Source: an uncultured Alphaproteobacteria bacterium
GTDB lineage: Bacteria > Pseudomonadota > Alphaproteobacteria > Methylaequorales > Methylaequoraceae
Reading direction: 5' to 3'
DNA: 64,000 nt
Assembly (NCBI GenBank): GCA_902522465.1
Contig: CABYVV010000006.1
Location: forward strand, 2,387 to 66,386
Part shown: positions 8,708-19,627 of the stretch, piece by piece
Layout of the letters: every line of letters starts with the position of its first letter
Position numbering within the stretch: position 1 is the first letter of the stretch
Translations under genes and position numbers: made by a program
Notes under the pieces: generated by a model
The model's database searches: none
Told to the model about the DNA's origin: nothing
Seen by the model: only the letters and a program-made list of their open reading frames with translations

Positions 8708-10017
8708 TACTTTTTCTTATTTTTTTTTATTAGTTCTGATTTTCTATACACAACTGTTCCATCAGGAATATCCCTATTTACAACAGTGCCAGCACCTATT
8801 AATGATCCTTTTTTTATTTTAAGAGGAGCTACCAATGAACTATTGGATCCTATAAAACAGTTTTCTCCAATCATTGTTTTATTTTTCTTCTTTCCGTCAT
8901 AATTACAAGTTATTGCACCAGCACCTATATTACAGTTATTTTTAATTATAGAATCTCCAATATAGGAGAGATGGGAAACTTTAACGTCCTGTCCTATTTG
9001 AGATTTTTTTACTTCAACAAAATTTCCAACTTTGGAATCTTTTTCTATTTTAACTCCATCTCTTATTCTTGCAAAAGGTCCAATTATTACGTTTTCAAAA
9101 ACCTTGACGTTATCAAGGTAACTAAAACTTCTCAGTGTTACACCATTCTTTATTATTACAGATTTACCAAAATAAACATTTGGTTGAATTCTGACGTTTA
9201 AACCAATTTTTGTGTCAAAACTAAAGTAAACTGAATCTGGATCCTGCATAAAAACACCATTATTTAAAAAATAATTTCTTTTAATTTTTTGGAACTCCTG
9301 ATTAACTATTGCTAAATCATTCATACTATTCACTCCTAAAGTTTCTTCAAATTTGCAAGGAAAATGATTCACTGAAAATTTTTTTTTTGAAAAAATTTCA
9401 ACTAGATCTGTTAAATAATATTCATTCTTTTTATTTTTATTTTTTATCAAATTTATATTTTCCAGTAGTTTTTTTGTATTTACAATCATGATACCTGAGT
9501 TACAAATATCAGAATTTTCTTGAGTTTTTTTGTTTTCTATTTGTTCGACAATTGATATTAATTTATCTTTCTCAAATCTTAATTTTCCATAAGAGTTTTT
9601 CTTGATTTTAGGAATCATAGAAATAACACTTAAGTCCAATTTATTAATAAGAAAATGCTTCAGGGCCTTTTGCAGTGTAGATTTAGAAATTAATGGGGTA
9701 TCTCCGCATATAACAATTGTTTGGTCAGAAAAGTTTTTATTTTTTGCAATTGCAACTTTTACAGCATCAGCAGTTCCATTTTGTTTTTCTTGTAAAGAGA
9801 AAGTAATGTTTGAGTATTTTTTTTTGATTTCATCTGTAAAATCTAATAGAGTTTTTGATATTACAAGATTTATATTTTTTTTTTTTTTTAGAGAATTGCA
9901 TGCATCAAGAACATGGAACAACATGGGATAGTTTCCGACCTCATGCAAAACCTTTGGTTTTGATGAAATCATTCTTGAACCTTTTCCTGCAGCTAAAACA
10001 ATTATTGATAAAGACAT
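8707..10017 (-). CDS. glmU: Bifunctional UDP-GlcNAc pyrophosphorylase / glucosamine-1-phosphate acetyltransferase
   Basis: LAAGKGSRM, EYYLTD, GNFVEVK, HLSYIGD, CNYDG; adjacent to glmS. Confidence 0.98.
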   Translation of the reverse strand: MSLSIIVLAAGKGSRMISSKPKVLHEVGNYPMLFHVLDACNSLKKKKNINLVISKTLLDFTDEIKKKYSNITFSLQEKQNGTADAVKVAIAKNKNFSDQTIVICGDTPLISKSTLQKALKHFLINKLDLSVISMIPKIKKNSYGKLRFEKDKLISIVEQIENKKTQENSDICNSGIMIVNTKKLLENINLIKNKNKKNEYYLTDLVEIFSKKKFSVNHFPCKFEETLGVNSMNDLAIVNQEFQKIKRNYFLNNGVFMQDPDSVYFSFDTKIGLNVRIQPNVYFGKSVIIKNGVTLRSFSYLDNVKVFENVIIGPFARIRDGVKIEKDSKVGNFVEVKKSQIGQDVKVSHLSYIGDSIIKNNCNIGAGAITCNYDGKKKNKTMIGENCFIGSNSSLVAPLKIKKGSLIGAGTVVNRDIPDGTVVYRKSELIKKNKKK

Positions 10018-10085
10018 TAAACTAAAAATTGATATAAAATTTAAAATAATATTATATCATTTTTCTATTAGTGGAAAATTTTTTT

Positions 10086-10745
10086 ATGAATAAAAAAATA
10101 AAATGTCTTATTTTCGATCTAGATGGCACTATACTTCATAGTGGTCCTGATCTATTTAACTCTTTGAATTTTTCATTAAAAAAACAAAATCTTTTATCTA
10201 TCCCAGAAAAAGTCATAGGTTCATTAGTTGGTGGAGGAGCAAAAGTAATGATTGAAAAGGCTTTTAGATATTTAGAATTAGATATAAAGAAGTATAACAT
10301 CGACCAAATGGTGTCAGACTTTTTAGATTTTTACTTTGAAAATTGCGACAAAAGATCAAGCATTTATCCAACTGTCATTTCAACATTAAAAAATTTAAAA
10401 TCAAAATACACTATCTGTCTATGTACAAACAAAAAACAGTATTTAACAGACAAGATACTCAAAAGTTATGAAATTGAAAAATATTTTGACTACATTTTAG
10501 GATCAAATAGTGAACTTAAATTAAAACCTGACTCTGAAATGCTTAATTTTATTTTAAAAAAGTTCAATTTAAATCCTGAAAACTGTATGATGATTGGTGA
10601 TAGTCACAACGATATAATTCCAGCCAATAAACTAAAAATGCTCTCGGTTTATGTAACACATGGGTACGGAAAATTTGACGATAATTTAGAAGTAGACTAT
10701 AAAATTGATAAATTCAGTGAGATAACTCAAATATTACAATTCTAA
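10086..10745 (+). CDS. gph: Phosphoglycolate phosphatase-like HAD hydrolase
   Basis: FDLDGT, CTNK, KP, IGDS..D motifs; start placed at ATG MNKK. Confidence 0.8.
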   Translation: MNKKIKCLIFDLDGTILHSGPDLFNSLNFSLKKQNLLSIPEKVIGSLVGGGAKVMIEKAFRYLELDIKKYNIDQMVSDFLDFYFENCDKRSSIYPTVISTLKNLKSKYTICLCTNKKQYLTDKILKSYEIEKYFDYILGSNSELKLKPDSEMLNFILKKFNLNPENCMMIGDSHNDIIPANKLKMLSVYVTHGYGKFDDNLEVDYKIDKFSEITQILQF

Positions 10746-10867
10746 ATTTTAATTCTTTCGGTAAAAAAAAGGTTGATTTCATTTAACCCTTTATAGATCG
10801 TCATTATTGCTACTATTAAGGCACAAATAGCTATGATATACAAATATTTATGGAATCTTGGATCCAT
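10742..10867 (-). CDS. Small single-pass membrane protein (41 aa), unannotated
   Basis: MDPRFHKYLYIIAICALIVAIMTIYKGLNEINLFFTERIKI*; GAGG RBS upstream; fills the intergenic gap. Confidence 0.5.
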   Translation of the reverse strand: MDPRFHKYLYIIAICALIVAIMTIYKGLNEINLFFTERIKI

Positions 10868-10978
10868 TAATTTACCTCTGATTTTATTAAATCATTAATT
10901 TGTATTTTTATCCAATGGTAAGTTTTAGTAAATCAATGAACACTTTAAGTTTGCTTGCTTTTTTCATATATTATCATT

Positions 10979-11935
10979 ATGAAGTCAAATGTTCTAACTG
11001 AAAATTCATCCGCCACAAAAAAAGCTATTAAATTTTTGCAAAGTAGTAAGCTGGTTGCTCTCAAAACTGAAACTGTTTATGGAATAGCTTGTGATCCAAG
11101 CAGTATAATTGCAATTAAAAAGTTATATGAATTAAAGAATAGACCTTTATATAATCCTCTAATTATTCATGTTAACTCCACGAAATTAGCTGAAAAAATT
11201 TCTTATATTGACAATGATTCAAAATTGATAATGAAAAATTTTTGGCCTGGACCACTAACTCTTATTTTAAAGAAAAAAAAAAGTAAATTTATACATGATT
11301 TTGCAACAGCAGGTCTTGATTCTATAGCTTTAAGAATACCAAAATCCAAAATTATGCAAAATATTATTAGCGGACTAAAAAAGCCGATCGGTGCCCCAAG
11401 TGCTAATGAAAGTGGATATATATCGGCAACTGATGCAAATCATGTCGTCGATTCGTTTGGAAACAAAATTGATTTAATTATTGACTCAGGAAGAACTGAT
11501 TTTGGACTAGAATCAACTATAATTGATATGACAACTAAACCATATTTAATTAAAAGACTTGGAGTGATAGATAAAGAAATGATAACTAAAAAAACTGGAT
11601 TGTTGATTGGGTCAGTTGATAAAAAAAGACAGACCAAACCAAACTCGCCAGGACAACTTGATAAACACTATTCACCAAATACTCCTCTAACAAAAGATAT
11701 CAAAACTCCAAAAGACGATGATGCATTTTTAAATTATGGAAAAGATATTCATACCAATCATGAACCAACCTTAAATCTTTCAAGAAGTGCAGACTTGAAT
11801 GAGGCTGCATATAATTTATTCGATTTCTTGAGAAAACTTGATAAATTAAAAAAGAAAAGGATTGTTGTTGCCCCTATACCAAAAATTGGTATCGGAAAAA
11901 CAATAAATGAAAGACTGGATAGAGCGTCATTTTAA
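10979..11935 (+). CDS. tsaC: L-threonylcarbamoyladenylate synthase (Sua5 type)
   Basis: TETVYG, KNRP.YNPLIIH, FWPGPLT, APSAN, SPGQL.KHYSP. Confidence 0.95.
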   Translation: MKSNVLTENSSATKKAIKFLQSSKLVALKTETVYGIACDPSSIIAIKKLYELKNRPLYNPLIIHVNSTKLAEKISYIDNDSKLIMKNFWPGPLTLILKKKKSKFIHDFATAGLDSIALRIPKSKIMQNIISGLKKPIGAPSANESGYISATDANHVVDSFGNKIDLIIDSGRTDFGLESTIIDMTTKPYLIKRLGVIDKEMITKKTGLLIGSVDKKRQTKPNSPGQLDKHYSPNTPLTKDIKTPKDDDAFLNYGKDIHTNHEPTLNLSRSADLNEAAYNLFDFLRKLDKLKKKRIVVAPIPKIGIGKTINERLDRASF

Positions 11936-11958
11936 ATGAAAAAAAAATATCTGAATTA

Positions 11959-13326
11959 ATGCTAATTCTTGAAAGGTCGGAATTTTCTAAAGATCCGGAG
12001 AAACTTAAGATTCATAATATTGACTGGAGAGGTGAATACATTGGAAGCTCTAATTTATTAATTTTTCCGAAATCAGTAGTAAAGCTCTCTAAAATATTGA
12101 AATTTTGTCAACAAAAAAAAATCACAGTCGTACCCCAAGGAGGTAACACTGGACTAGTTGGTGGTGCAGTTCCACGTAAGGGAAAAAGCGACGTAATTGT
12201 GAATTTATCAAAATTAAACAAGATCAGAGAAATTGACTCAATTGGCAATTCAATAACTGTTGAAGGTGGTTGTATTTTAGATGATATCAAGAAAAAATTA
12301 CAACTTCATAATCTTGAATTTCCCTTATCTTTAGGATCAAGAGGGAACTGTCAGATAGGTGGTAATATATCAACAAATGCTGGAGGAGTTAACGTTATAA
12401 AATATGGATCTATAAGACAGAATATACTTGGTTTAGAAGCAGTTTTAGCAGATGGAACAATATTTAATTCTTTAAAAAATGTAAAAAAAAATAATACAGG
12501 ACTTGATATGAAGCAACTTCTAATTGGATCAGAAGGAATACTTGGCATCATTACTGCTGCTACAATTAAGGTCTACCCTCTACCAAAAGAAAAAGTTGTA
12601 ATATGGTCCTCTTTTGCAAATTTTGAACAAGTACTAAACTTTTATGTTTATTTAACAAAAAAGTTTAATAATCTAATTACAAGTTTTGAATTTATGAATA
12701 AAGAATCTATTGAAGTATTAGAGCAAAACGAAATACAACTGAAAAATCTGAAAAGAAATGAATGTTATTGTCTAGTTGAAATTTCAAATTTTCAATTTGT
12801 TAAGAATTTTAATGAATTTGTCAGTTCGTCGATAGACTTTAATTTATTAGAAACGGATGATGTAATTATATCAAAGTCAGAGAATGAAAATAAAATTTTA
12901 TGGAATTATAGAGAATCAATTCCTCTAGCTGAAAAAAAAGAAGAATTTATCATACCCCACGACATTTCGATACCACTAAATAATATTAGTAAGTTTGTTT
13001 TTACAACTACAAAGATAATTAAAAAATATAATAAGTCTTGCAAAGTTATAAACTTTGGGCATTTGGGTGATAATAATCTTCATTTTAATGTTTTAATAAA
13101 TAAGTTTTCTTCAAATAAAAAAAATCAGATTCGTAAATCAATAAATAGAATCGTTTTTGATAATGTAAAAAAATATGGAGGAGTGATTAGTGCTGAGCAT
13201 GGAATTGGTCAACTTAGAAGATCAGAACTAAAAATACAAAAAGACATTTCAGAAATAAAAATAATGAAGAAAATAAAAAAGTTATTTGATCCAGCAAATA
13301 TTTTAAACCAGGGAAAAGTTATTTAA
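11959..13326 (+). CDS. FAD-linked oxidase, D-2-hydroxyglutarate/D-lactate dehydrogenase family
   Basis: PQGGNTGLVGG, IGGNISTNAGG, GSEGILG, GHLGDNNLH, SAEHGIG. Confidence 0.9.
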   Translation: MLILERSEFSKDPEKLKIHNIDWRGEYIGSSNLLIFPKSVVKLSKILKFCQQKKITVVPQGGNTGLVGGAVPRKGKSDVIVNLSKLNKIREIDSIGNSITVEGGCILDDIKKKLQLHNLEFPLSLGSRGNCQIGGNISTNAGGVNVIKYGSIRQNILGLEAVLADGTIFNSLKNVKKNNTGLDMKQLLIGSEGILGIITAATIKVYPLPKEKVVIWSSFANFEQVLNFYVYLTKKFNNLITSFEFMNKESIEVLEQNEIQLKNLKRNECYCLVEISNFQFVKNFNEFVSSSIDFNLLETDDVIISKSENENKILWNYRESIPLAEKKEEFIIPHDISIPLNNISKFVFTTTKIIKKYNKSCKVINFGHLGDNNLHFNVLINKFSSNKKNQIRKSINRIVFDNVKKYGGVISAEHGIGQLRRSELKIQKDISEIKIMKKIKKLFDPANILNQGKVI

Positions 13327-14231
13327 TCCAAAAAACCTTCATAAACTTTGTTTGCTTTTTTACAATTCAATAATATATTTTTCCTCACTCCAAAAAACCC
13401 TTTTAAATACAAAAAAAACCATGAAGAAAAGTATCCAACATTTCTAAATCGTCTCGCAAAACGCCATGCCCTAGCTGTTATTCTTCTTTGAGCATATAAA
13501 ATTGATTTTAACTCAAGTTTTTCATTATCTTCAATAAACAACTCGAGTGCTTTAGATACTCTATAAATTTGATTATTTTTTTTTTCCGATATTTGACCTG
13601 GGACTTTAATTGGAAGCACAGCTATTGGATGATTCAGTCTTACAAAGTTGCCTAATACTGAAAGTCTTAAAGTAAGTGAATATTCTTGACTAAATTTTAT
13701 TCTTTCATCGCAACCACCAACTTTTTTACATAAATCTGTTCTTGCTAACATTTGTGATGGATTAAACATTGAATTTCTCATTGCTTTTAATAATGTATTG
13801 GAGACAATAGAGTAGTCGTTTTGGTTAAACTTTTCGAACAAATTAACATACTCAAGGTGTTTAACTTTTCTTTGAAGACCATATGCTAGAATTATATCCG
13901 GATATTTTTCTAAAATGTTTAAGAGTGAAATAGTTGCTTCACTTAAAATCACATCATCAGCATCAAGAAATTTTAAATATTTCATTTTTGCTAGCTTTAT
14001 TCCCTGATTTGTAGCATTCGCTGATCCTTTATTTTTTTGCTTCAAAATTTTGCAGTTACTTAAATCTTTAGTTAAGTGATTTAATTTTTGAAAAGAATCA
14101 TCTGTTGAACCATCATCAATAAAAATATACTCTTTTTCAAAATTTCCTTTTTGATTTTTAATAGATTCAATAATGTATTTTAAAAAAGATGATTTATTAA
14201 AGACTGGCACAATAAAAGAAACTGAGGTCAT
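13323..14231 (-). CDS. Glycosyltransferase family 2
   Basis: IVPVFN, DDGSTD, FLDADD. Confidence 0.9.
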   Translation of the reverse strand: MTSVSFIVPVFNKSSFLKYIIESIKNQKGNFEKEYIFIDDGSTDDSFQKLNHLTKDLSNCKILKQKNKGSANATNQGIKLAKMKYLKFLDADDVILSEATISLLNILEKYPDIILAYGLQRKVKHLEYVNLFEKFNQNDYSIVSNTLLKAMRNSMFNPSQMLARTDLCKKVGGCDERIKFSQEYSLTLRLSVLGNFVRLNHPIAVLPIKVPGQISEKKNNQIYRVSKALELFIEDNEKLELKSILYAQRRITARAWRFARRFRNVGYFSSWFFLYLKGFFGVRKNILLNCKKANKVYEGFLD

Positions 14232-14232
14232 G

Positions 14233-14928
14233 TTAATTAAAACTCATTAAATCTTTTATCAAAGTCATGTTACCAAATGCTGAGGCATTTGTTTTTTCAG
14301 AACGAATTTGTTTTACCAAACCAATTCCATCACACAGAATTTCAATGTTTTCTATTTCAACACTGATAGGACCCGACCTCGTATCACCAATAAAATCTGT
14401 TGAACCTTTTCCTTTAATTTCTATGCAATCTTCATAAATTTTACCGTTTACTCTAATTTCATGATTCTGTTTACTAATCTTATAATTCATTTCAAACTTA
14501 GATCTTGGCTTAACATTAAGAAGTGGTGGCTGAAATCCTTTTACCAGAAAAAGTTGTTCCATTACTTTCCATTCTTTTTTATTGAACGAAATATCGGGAT
14601 AAATAGTTTTTTCTACAGGTTCAACTATACCTTCATCAAAAGCTAATATAACAGATGTTCTCATTATTTTATTTTTGTTAATTTGATAGGTATAATAACT
14701 ACCATCAGAGTATAATTTTGAAAATTCAACAGCATTCCCTTTTCTTGTATTATTAAGGTTGGTTACCATTATTCTTTTTTTATAACTTTTCCCAGTGTAT
14801 GAAGAATCTATCACTATTGAGTACATCCATTTTAATCCAGAAGCAGATGGAAAGAAATTCTTATCATTAAAATCACATGATAATAATAAAAATATTGTTA
14901 AAAAGAATATTAAATTATTATTTTTCAT
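14233..14928 (-). CDS. Uncharacterised lipoprotein, paralog of 40562-41254
   Basis: LLLSC lipobox; FFP...W.Y start and GIGLVK end shared with 40562-41254. Confidence 0.7.
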   Translation of the reverse strand: MKNNNLIFFLTIFLLLSCDFNDKNFFPSASGLKWMYSIVIDSSYTGKSYKKRIMVTNLNNTRKGNAVEFSKLYSDGSYYTYQINKNKIMRTSVILAFDEGIVEPVEKTIYPDISFNKKEWKVMEQLFLVKGFQPPLLNVKPRSKFEMNYKISKQNHEIRVNGKIYEDCIEIKGKGSTDFIGDTRSGPISVEIENIEILCDGIGLVKQIRSEKTNASAFGNMTLIKDLMSFN

Positions 14929-14932
14929 AAAA

Positions 14933-15008
14933 TGGTGCCCAGGGGAGGAATTGAACCACCGACACAGCGATTTTCAGTCGCTTGCTCTACCAACTGAGCT
15001 ACCTGGGC
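14933..15008 (-). tRNA. tRNA-Phe(GAA)
   Basis: GCCCAGGTAGCTCAGTTGGTAGAGCAAGCGACTGAAAATCGCTGTGTCGGTGGTTCAATTCCTCCCCTGGGCACCA, canonical 76-nt cloverleaf. Confidence 0.98.
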
Positions 15009-15061
15009 CTAAATTAAATTATTACCTTAATTTGTTTAATAGTCTCGTTGAAATTTTTTTA

Positions 15062-15646
15062 TCAAATTAAATTTAGGTTTTTTAGTATTTTATACAACTC
15101 TGGAATAGATATGCCAACAATATTTGTATAACAACCTTTAATTTTCTTCACAAATCTTATTCCTAGATTTTGGATTGCATATCCTCCTGCTTTTCCTAAA
15201 CCATCTTCTAAAACCTGACTCGTTAAATCTGTATTAAAAATTTTATGAAAAAAAACCTCAGTTTTTACAAGTTTTTTGTAAACTTCACCTTCAGGTGAAA
15301 TTACACAAATCCCACCGTAAACCAAATGCTTTCTTGATGACAGATTTTTTAGATGGCTTCTTACTTCCTCTTTTGATTTTGGTTTTTGAAAGATTTTATT
15401 TGCCCTATAAACAATTGTATCTGCTGAAATTATAATGTTTTTATTATTTTTATATTTTTCTTTTACTGATTCGGCTTTTAAATAAGATATATTTAATACA
15501 GAACTTGAGACTGACGATCTTATTTCATAAATTGTTTCATCAATATCATGGCTCATTATTTTCAAATTTTTTATCCCTAGTTGTTTTAAAAGTTCTTTTC
15601 TCGCATTAGATTGAGAAGCTAAAATTATTTGATTTTGTAGTTGCAA
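15062..15646 (-). CDS. maf: Maf family nucleoside triphosphate pyrophosphatase
   Basis: ILASQS.AR, DIDE, SADTIV, KAGGYAIQ. Confidence 0.92.
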   Translation of the reverse strand: MQLQNQIILASQSNARKELLKQLGIKNLKIMSHDIDETIYEIRSSVSSSVLNISYLKAESVKEKYKNNKNIIISADTIVYRANKIFQKPKSKEEVRSHLKNLSSRKHLVYGGICVISPEGEVYKKLVKTEVFFHKIFNTDLTSQVLEDGLGKAGGYAIQNLGIRFVKKIKGCYTNIVGISIPELYKILKNLNLI

Positions 15647-15649
15647 ATT

Positions 15650-15868
15650 TTATTTATGTCTGAATGTAATTCTACCTTTAGATAGATCATATGGGGTCAT
15701 CTCGACTGTGACTCTATCTCCAGCTAAAACTCTAATTCTGAACTTTCTCATTTTACCAGCTGTATGTGCAATAATCTCGTGGTCATTATCTAACAAGACT
15801 CTAAACATAGCATTAGGTAACAGTTCCTTAACTGTTCCTGTAAATTCCATTAGTTCATCTTTAGCCAT
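15650..15868 (-). CDS. infA: Translation initiation factor IF-1
   Basis: [35 protein letters not shown]. Confidence 0.99.
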   Translation of the reverse strand: MAKDELMEFTGTVKELLPNAMFRVLLDNDHEIIAHTAGKMRKFRIRVLAGDRVTVEMTPYDLSKGRITFRHK

Positions 15869-15870
15869 AA

Positions 15871-17169
15871 TTACTTAATTTTAAGTCTGCATTCTATTGA
15901 TAAAGCATGTGCTTGTAAACCCTCTTCATAAGCAAGATTTACAGCGTCGTTTCCAATCCTATTAATATTTTCTTTATTACACTGAACAACTGATGACCTT
16001 TTAAAATAATCTAATAAATTTAACCCTGACGAAAATCTAGCAGTTCTATCCGTGGGTAGAACATGATTTGGACCAGCTATATAATCACCAATTGCTTCAG
16101 GAGTATAACGCCCTAAAAATATAGCTCCTGCATTTTTAATCTTTTTTAAAAACCTCTTTGGTTGATCCACTGCAATCTCTAAATGTTCTGGCGCAAGCTT
16201 ATTTACTAAATCAATTGAACTCATGAGATCTTGACAAATAATTACGGCTCCGTAGTTTTCCCAGCTTGATTTTGCAATTATTTTTCTTTCAATTTTTTTT
16301 AAATAACTATGCACACTCTGAATAACTTTTTTCGAAAAGTCAAAATTATCAGTTACTAGTATTGCTTGTGCCAACTTATCATGCTCAGCTTGTGACAATA
16401 AATCAATAGCAATATGGTCAGGATTATTTTTTGAATCAGCTATTACCAATATTTCTGATGGACCAGCTATCATGTCAATTCCTACGGTTCCAAAGAATTG
16501 TTTTTTGGCTGAAGCCACATAAGCGTTTCCAGGGCCGAATATTTTATCAACTTTCGAAATTGTTTTTGTTCCCAAGGCTAGAGCGGCTATTGCTTGTGCT
16601 CCACCTATTTTGTAAATTTCTTTAATTCCCAGAAGTTTGCAAGAAGCTAAAACAAGTGAGTTAACTTTACCATTGGTCGCAGGTACTGTGACAACAATTC
16701 TTTCTACTCCAGCAACAATTGCTGGAACTGCATTCATTATGAGTGAAGAAGGATATCCTGCAGTCCCCCCGGGAACATAAAGGCCAACTGATTCAATTGG
16801 ATTCCATAAACCACCCAATATTATTCCTTCTTTGTCTTTATACATCAAATTTCTTGGCATCTGCTTTTGATGGTAAGCCTTTATTCTTGAAATTGCTTTT
16901 TTTAATGATGTTTTAGTTTTATCGGTTACCTTGGCGAGTGAAGATGAAAGTTCATCTTGCGTAACAATTAAATCAGAAAAATTTTTAGCTGAAAGCTTAT
17001 CATATTTATTAGTCAAATCGATTATTGCCTTGTCAGATTTTCTTCTGACATCAAGTATTATATCCGAGACTTTTTTATCAATTTTTTTATCGTCTTGATC
17101 CCTTTTCTTCAATAAGTTTTTAAAATTCAGATCAAAATTTTTGTCAGTTGTATTTAATATTTTTACCAT
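15871..17169 (-). CDS. hisD: Histidinol dehydrogenase
   Basis: [36 protein letters not shown]. Confidence 0.99.
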   Translation of the reverse strand: MVKILNTTDKNFDLNFKNLLKKRDQDDKKIDKKVSDIILDVRRKSDKAIIDLTNKYDKLSAKNFSDLIVTQDELSSSLAKVTDKTKTSLKKAISRIKAYHQKQMPRNLMYKDKEGIILGGLWNPIESVGLYVPGGTAGYPSSLIMNAVPAIVAGVERIVVTVPATNGKVNSLVLASCKLLGIKEIYKIGGAQAIAALALGTKTISKVDKIFGPGNAYVASAKKQFFGTVGIDMIAGPSEILVIADSKNNPDHIAIDLLSQAEHDKLAQAILVTDNFDFSKKVIQSVHSYLKKIERKIIAKSSWENYGAVIICQDLMSSIDLVNKLAPEHLEIAVDQPKRFLKKIKNAGAIFLGRYTPEAIGDYIAGPNHVLPTDRTARFSSGLNLLDYFKRSSVVQCNKENINRIGNDAVNLAYEEGLQAHALSIECRLKIK

Positions 17170-17170
17170 C

Positions 17171-17806
17171 TTATTTTTTAAATTTTTCTATTAACTTAGA
17201 AATGTTATTGTTCATAACTTTAAACGAAATTTTATTTACTATTAACTTTGAAGTAATTTTAAGTAAAACTTCAGATTCAATTAAATTATTTTCTTCCAAA
17301 GTTTTTCCACTTGAAACTAAATCAACTATTGTAGAGCAAATCCCAAGCTTGGGTGCAAGTTCAATTGCACCATTAAGTTTTATACATTCAGCTCTAATTC
17401 CTTTTTTTGCAAAAAAGTTTACAACAGTGTTTTTATATTTTGTAGCAACTCTTATGTGTCCTTTGTTTTGGTATTCTTTCTTCATTTTTTCTTTTTTATT
17501 AGCGACAGATAACCTACATTTTCCAATTCCAAGATCTAATACTTTTAAAATCTCATTATAGTTGAATTCATTTAAAACATCATCTCCAGCAATACCTATT
17601 TGAGCAGCACCAAGTGCAACAAACGTTGCAACATCAAATGACCTAACTCTTATAAGAGATAAATCTTTATTATTTGTTTTAAACATTAATTTTCTTGAAT
17701 CATCCCTAAAGAATTCATTCTCTGGAACTATATTTATCTTTTCAAACAATGGAATCACTTCATCTAAAATTCTACCTTTGGGGACTGCTAATATAATCTT
17801 TTTCAT
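17171..17806 (-). CDS. hisG: ATP phosphoribosyltransferase, short form
   Basis: AVPKGRI, RVATKY, KLNGAIELAP, DLVSSGKTL; 211 aa. Confidence 0.97.
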   Translation of the reverse strand: MKKIILAVPKGRILDEVIPLFEKINIVPENEFFRDDSRKLMFKTNNKDLSLIRVRSFDVATFVALGAAQIGIAGDDVLNEFNYNEILKVLDLGIGKCRLSVANKKEKMKKEYQNKGHIRVATKYKNTVVNFFAKKGIRAECIKLNGAIELAPKLGICSTIVDLVSSGKTLEENNLIESEVLLKITSKLIVNKISFKVMNNNISKLIEKFKK

Positions 17807-19071
17807 TTTTTAATTCTTTCTATGTTTGCACCACATTTTTTCAGTTTTTTCTCAATCTCTTCATATCCTCTATCTAGATGATAAACTCGGTTTATAATTG
17901 TTTTACCATTTGCAATTAATCCGGCAATTATTAATGATGAGGAGGCTCTTAGGTCTGTAGCCATTACCTCTGCTCCTTTCAGGTTTTTAGTTTCGCTAAC
18001 TATTACCTTAGATCCTTTTTGTTTAAGATTAGCTCCCATTCTAATTAATTCACTTATGTGCATAAACCTATTTTCAAAAATATTTTCTACGATTTCCGAT
18101 TTACCTTTTGTTTTTAGTAAAGAGGAAGTTAACTGTGCCTGTAAATCTGTTGGAAATCCTGGGTATTCCTTAGTTTTAATTTTGATTGTTACCTGAGTCT
18201 CTTTTATTTTTTTTACCAAAAGGCTTTTTCCATTATCTAAAATAATCATGTTAAGAGATTTAAGTGGTTTAAAAATTTTTTGCAGATGTTCAGAAATAGA
18301 CTTATTTACATTTAAAAGTTTAATTTTACCAGAACACCCAAAAACGCATAGAGCAAATGTACCTGCTTCAATTCTATCAGGCATAATCTTATATTCACAA
18401 CCTTTTAATTTCTTTTTTCCAATTATTTTTATGGTTTTCGAACCATGACCGTGTATATTTGCACCCATTTTGATGAGAAGTTTTGCTAAATCAATTATTT
18501 CAGGTTCTCTTGCAGCGTTTTTTAAAATTGTTTCTCCCTCTGCTAAAGTAGCAGCCATCATAAGATTTTCAGTTGCTCCAACTGAAATTTTTTTTAAATT
18601 AATTGTTGATCCCTTCATTCCTTTTTCACAATTCCCAGTAACATACCCGCTATTAATTTTAAATTTTACTCCCATTCTTTCCAATCCATCTAAATGCAAA
18701 TTAACTGGTCGTGTTCCTATTGCACAACCCCCGGGTAATGATACAGAAGCATTCCCATATCTGGCCAGCAAAGGACCCAAAATCAAGAATGAGGCTCTCA
18801 TTTTCCTTACCAATTCATAGGAGGCTGACAAAGACTCAGGGACAAATGATTGAAAATCAATGGTGGTATTTTTTTTATTGACTTTAACATTTAACGATTC
18901 CAAAAGTTTAATCATCGAATCTATATCAGAGAGTTTTGGCACATTAGAAATAGAAAGCTTTTCATCTGTTAACAATGAGGCGGCCATAATAGGAAGTGCA
19001 GAATTTTTAGATCCACTAATTTTTATTTCACCAATTAAGGGATTGCCACCAAATATTTGAATTTTATCCAT
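17803..19071 (-). CDS. murA: UDP-N-acetylglucosamine 1-carboxyvinyltransferase
   Basis: SGSKNSALP, LPGGCAIGTRPV, YPGFPTDLQ, ATDLRA, HLDRGYE. Confidence 0.99.
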   Translation of the reverse strand: MDKIQIFGGNPLIGEIKISGSKNSALPIMAASLLTDEKLSISNVPKLSDIDSMIKLLESLNVKVNKKNTTIDFQSFVPESLSASYELVRKMRASFLILGPLLARYGNASVSLPGGCAIGTRPVNLHLDGLERMGVKFKINSGYVTGNCEKGMKGSTINLKKISVGATENLMMAATLAEGETILKNAAREPEIIDLAKLLIKMGANIHGHGSKTIKIIGKKKLKGCEYKIMPDRIEAGTFALCVFGCSGKIKLLNVNKSISEHLQKIFKPLKSLNMIILDNGKSLLVKKIKETQVTIKIKTKEYPGFPTDLQAQLTSSLLKTKGKSEIVENIFENRFMHISELIRMGANLKQKGSKVIVSETKNLKGAEVMATDLRASSSLIIAGLIANGKTIINRVYHLDRGYEEIEKKLKKCGANIERIKK

Positions 19072-19072
19072 T

Positions 19073-19627
19073 TTATAACTTAGGTAAAGTTACTCCTTCT
19101 TGAAACATATATTTACCTTTTCTATCGGCATAAGAAAGATCACAAACTGAATCTCCTTTGAAAAAAAGGAACTGGGCTGCTCCTTCATTAGCATAAATCT
19201 TTGCAGGAAGAGGGGTTGTATTTGAAAACTCTAAAGTTACATGTCCTTCCCATTCCGGTTCAAGGGGTGTTACATTTACAATTATTCCACATCGAGCATA
19301 TGTAGATTTTCCTACACAAATTACCAAAGTTTCTTTTGGAATTTTAAAATATTCAACTGTCCTTGCAAGTGCAAAACTATTAGGTGGAATTATACAAAAA
19401 TCTACATCTCTATCGATAAAACTTGATTCAGAAAAGTTCTTAGGATCAACAGTTGCAGAATTAACATTGGTAAATATTTTAAAATTTCTTGATACTCTTG
19501 CATCATAACCATAAGAAGACAAACCATAAGATAAAACGTCCTTTTTTTCTAATTTATCGATAAATGGCTCTATCATTTTTTGTTCCTTAGCCATTTTTTT
19601 TATCCACGAATCAGGCATTATTGCCAT
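19073..19627 (-). CDS. dcd: dCTP deaminase
   Basis: [28 protein letters not shown]. Confidence 0.98.
   Translation of the reverse strand: MAIMPDSWIKKMAKEQKMIEPFIDKLEKKDVLSYGLSSYGYDARVSRNFKIFTNVNSATVDPKNFSESSFIDRDVDFCIIPPNSFALARTVEYFKIPKETLVICVGKSTYARCGIIVNVTPLEPEWEGHVTLEFSNTTPLPAKIYANEGAAQFLFFKGDSVCDLSYADRKGKYMFQEGVTLPKL

Noticed and set aside
14795-15070. 91-aa ORF on + strand
   Set aside because: Antisense read-through of tRNA-Phe and the lipoprotein gene
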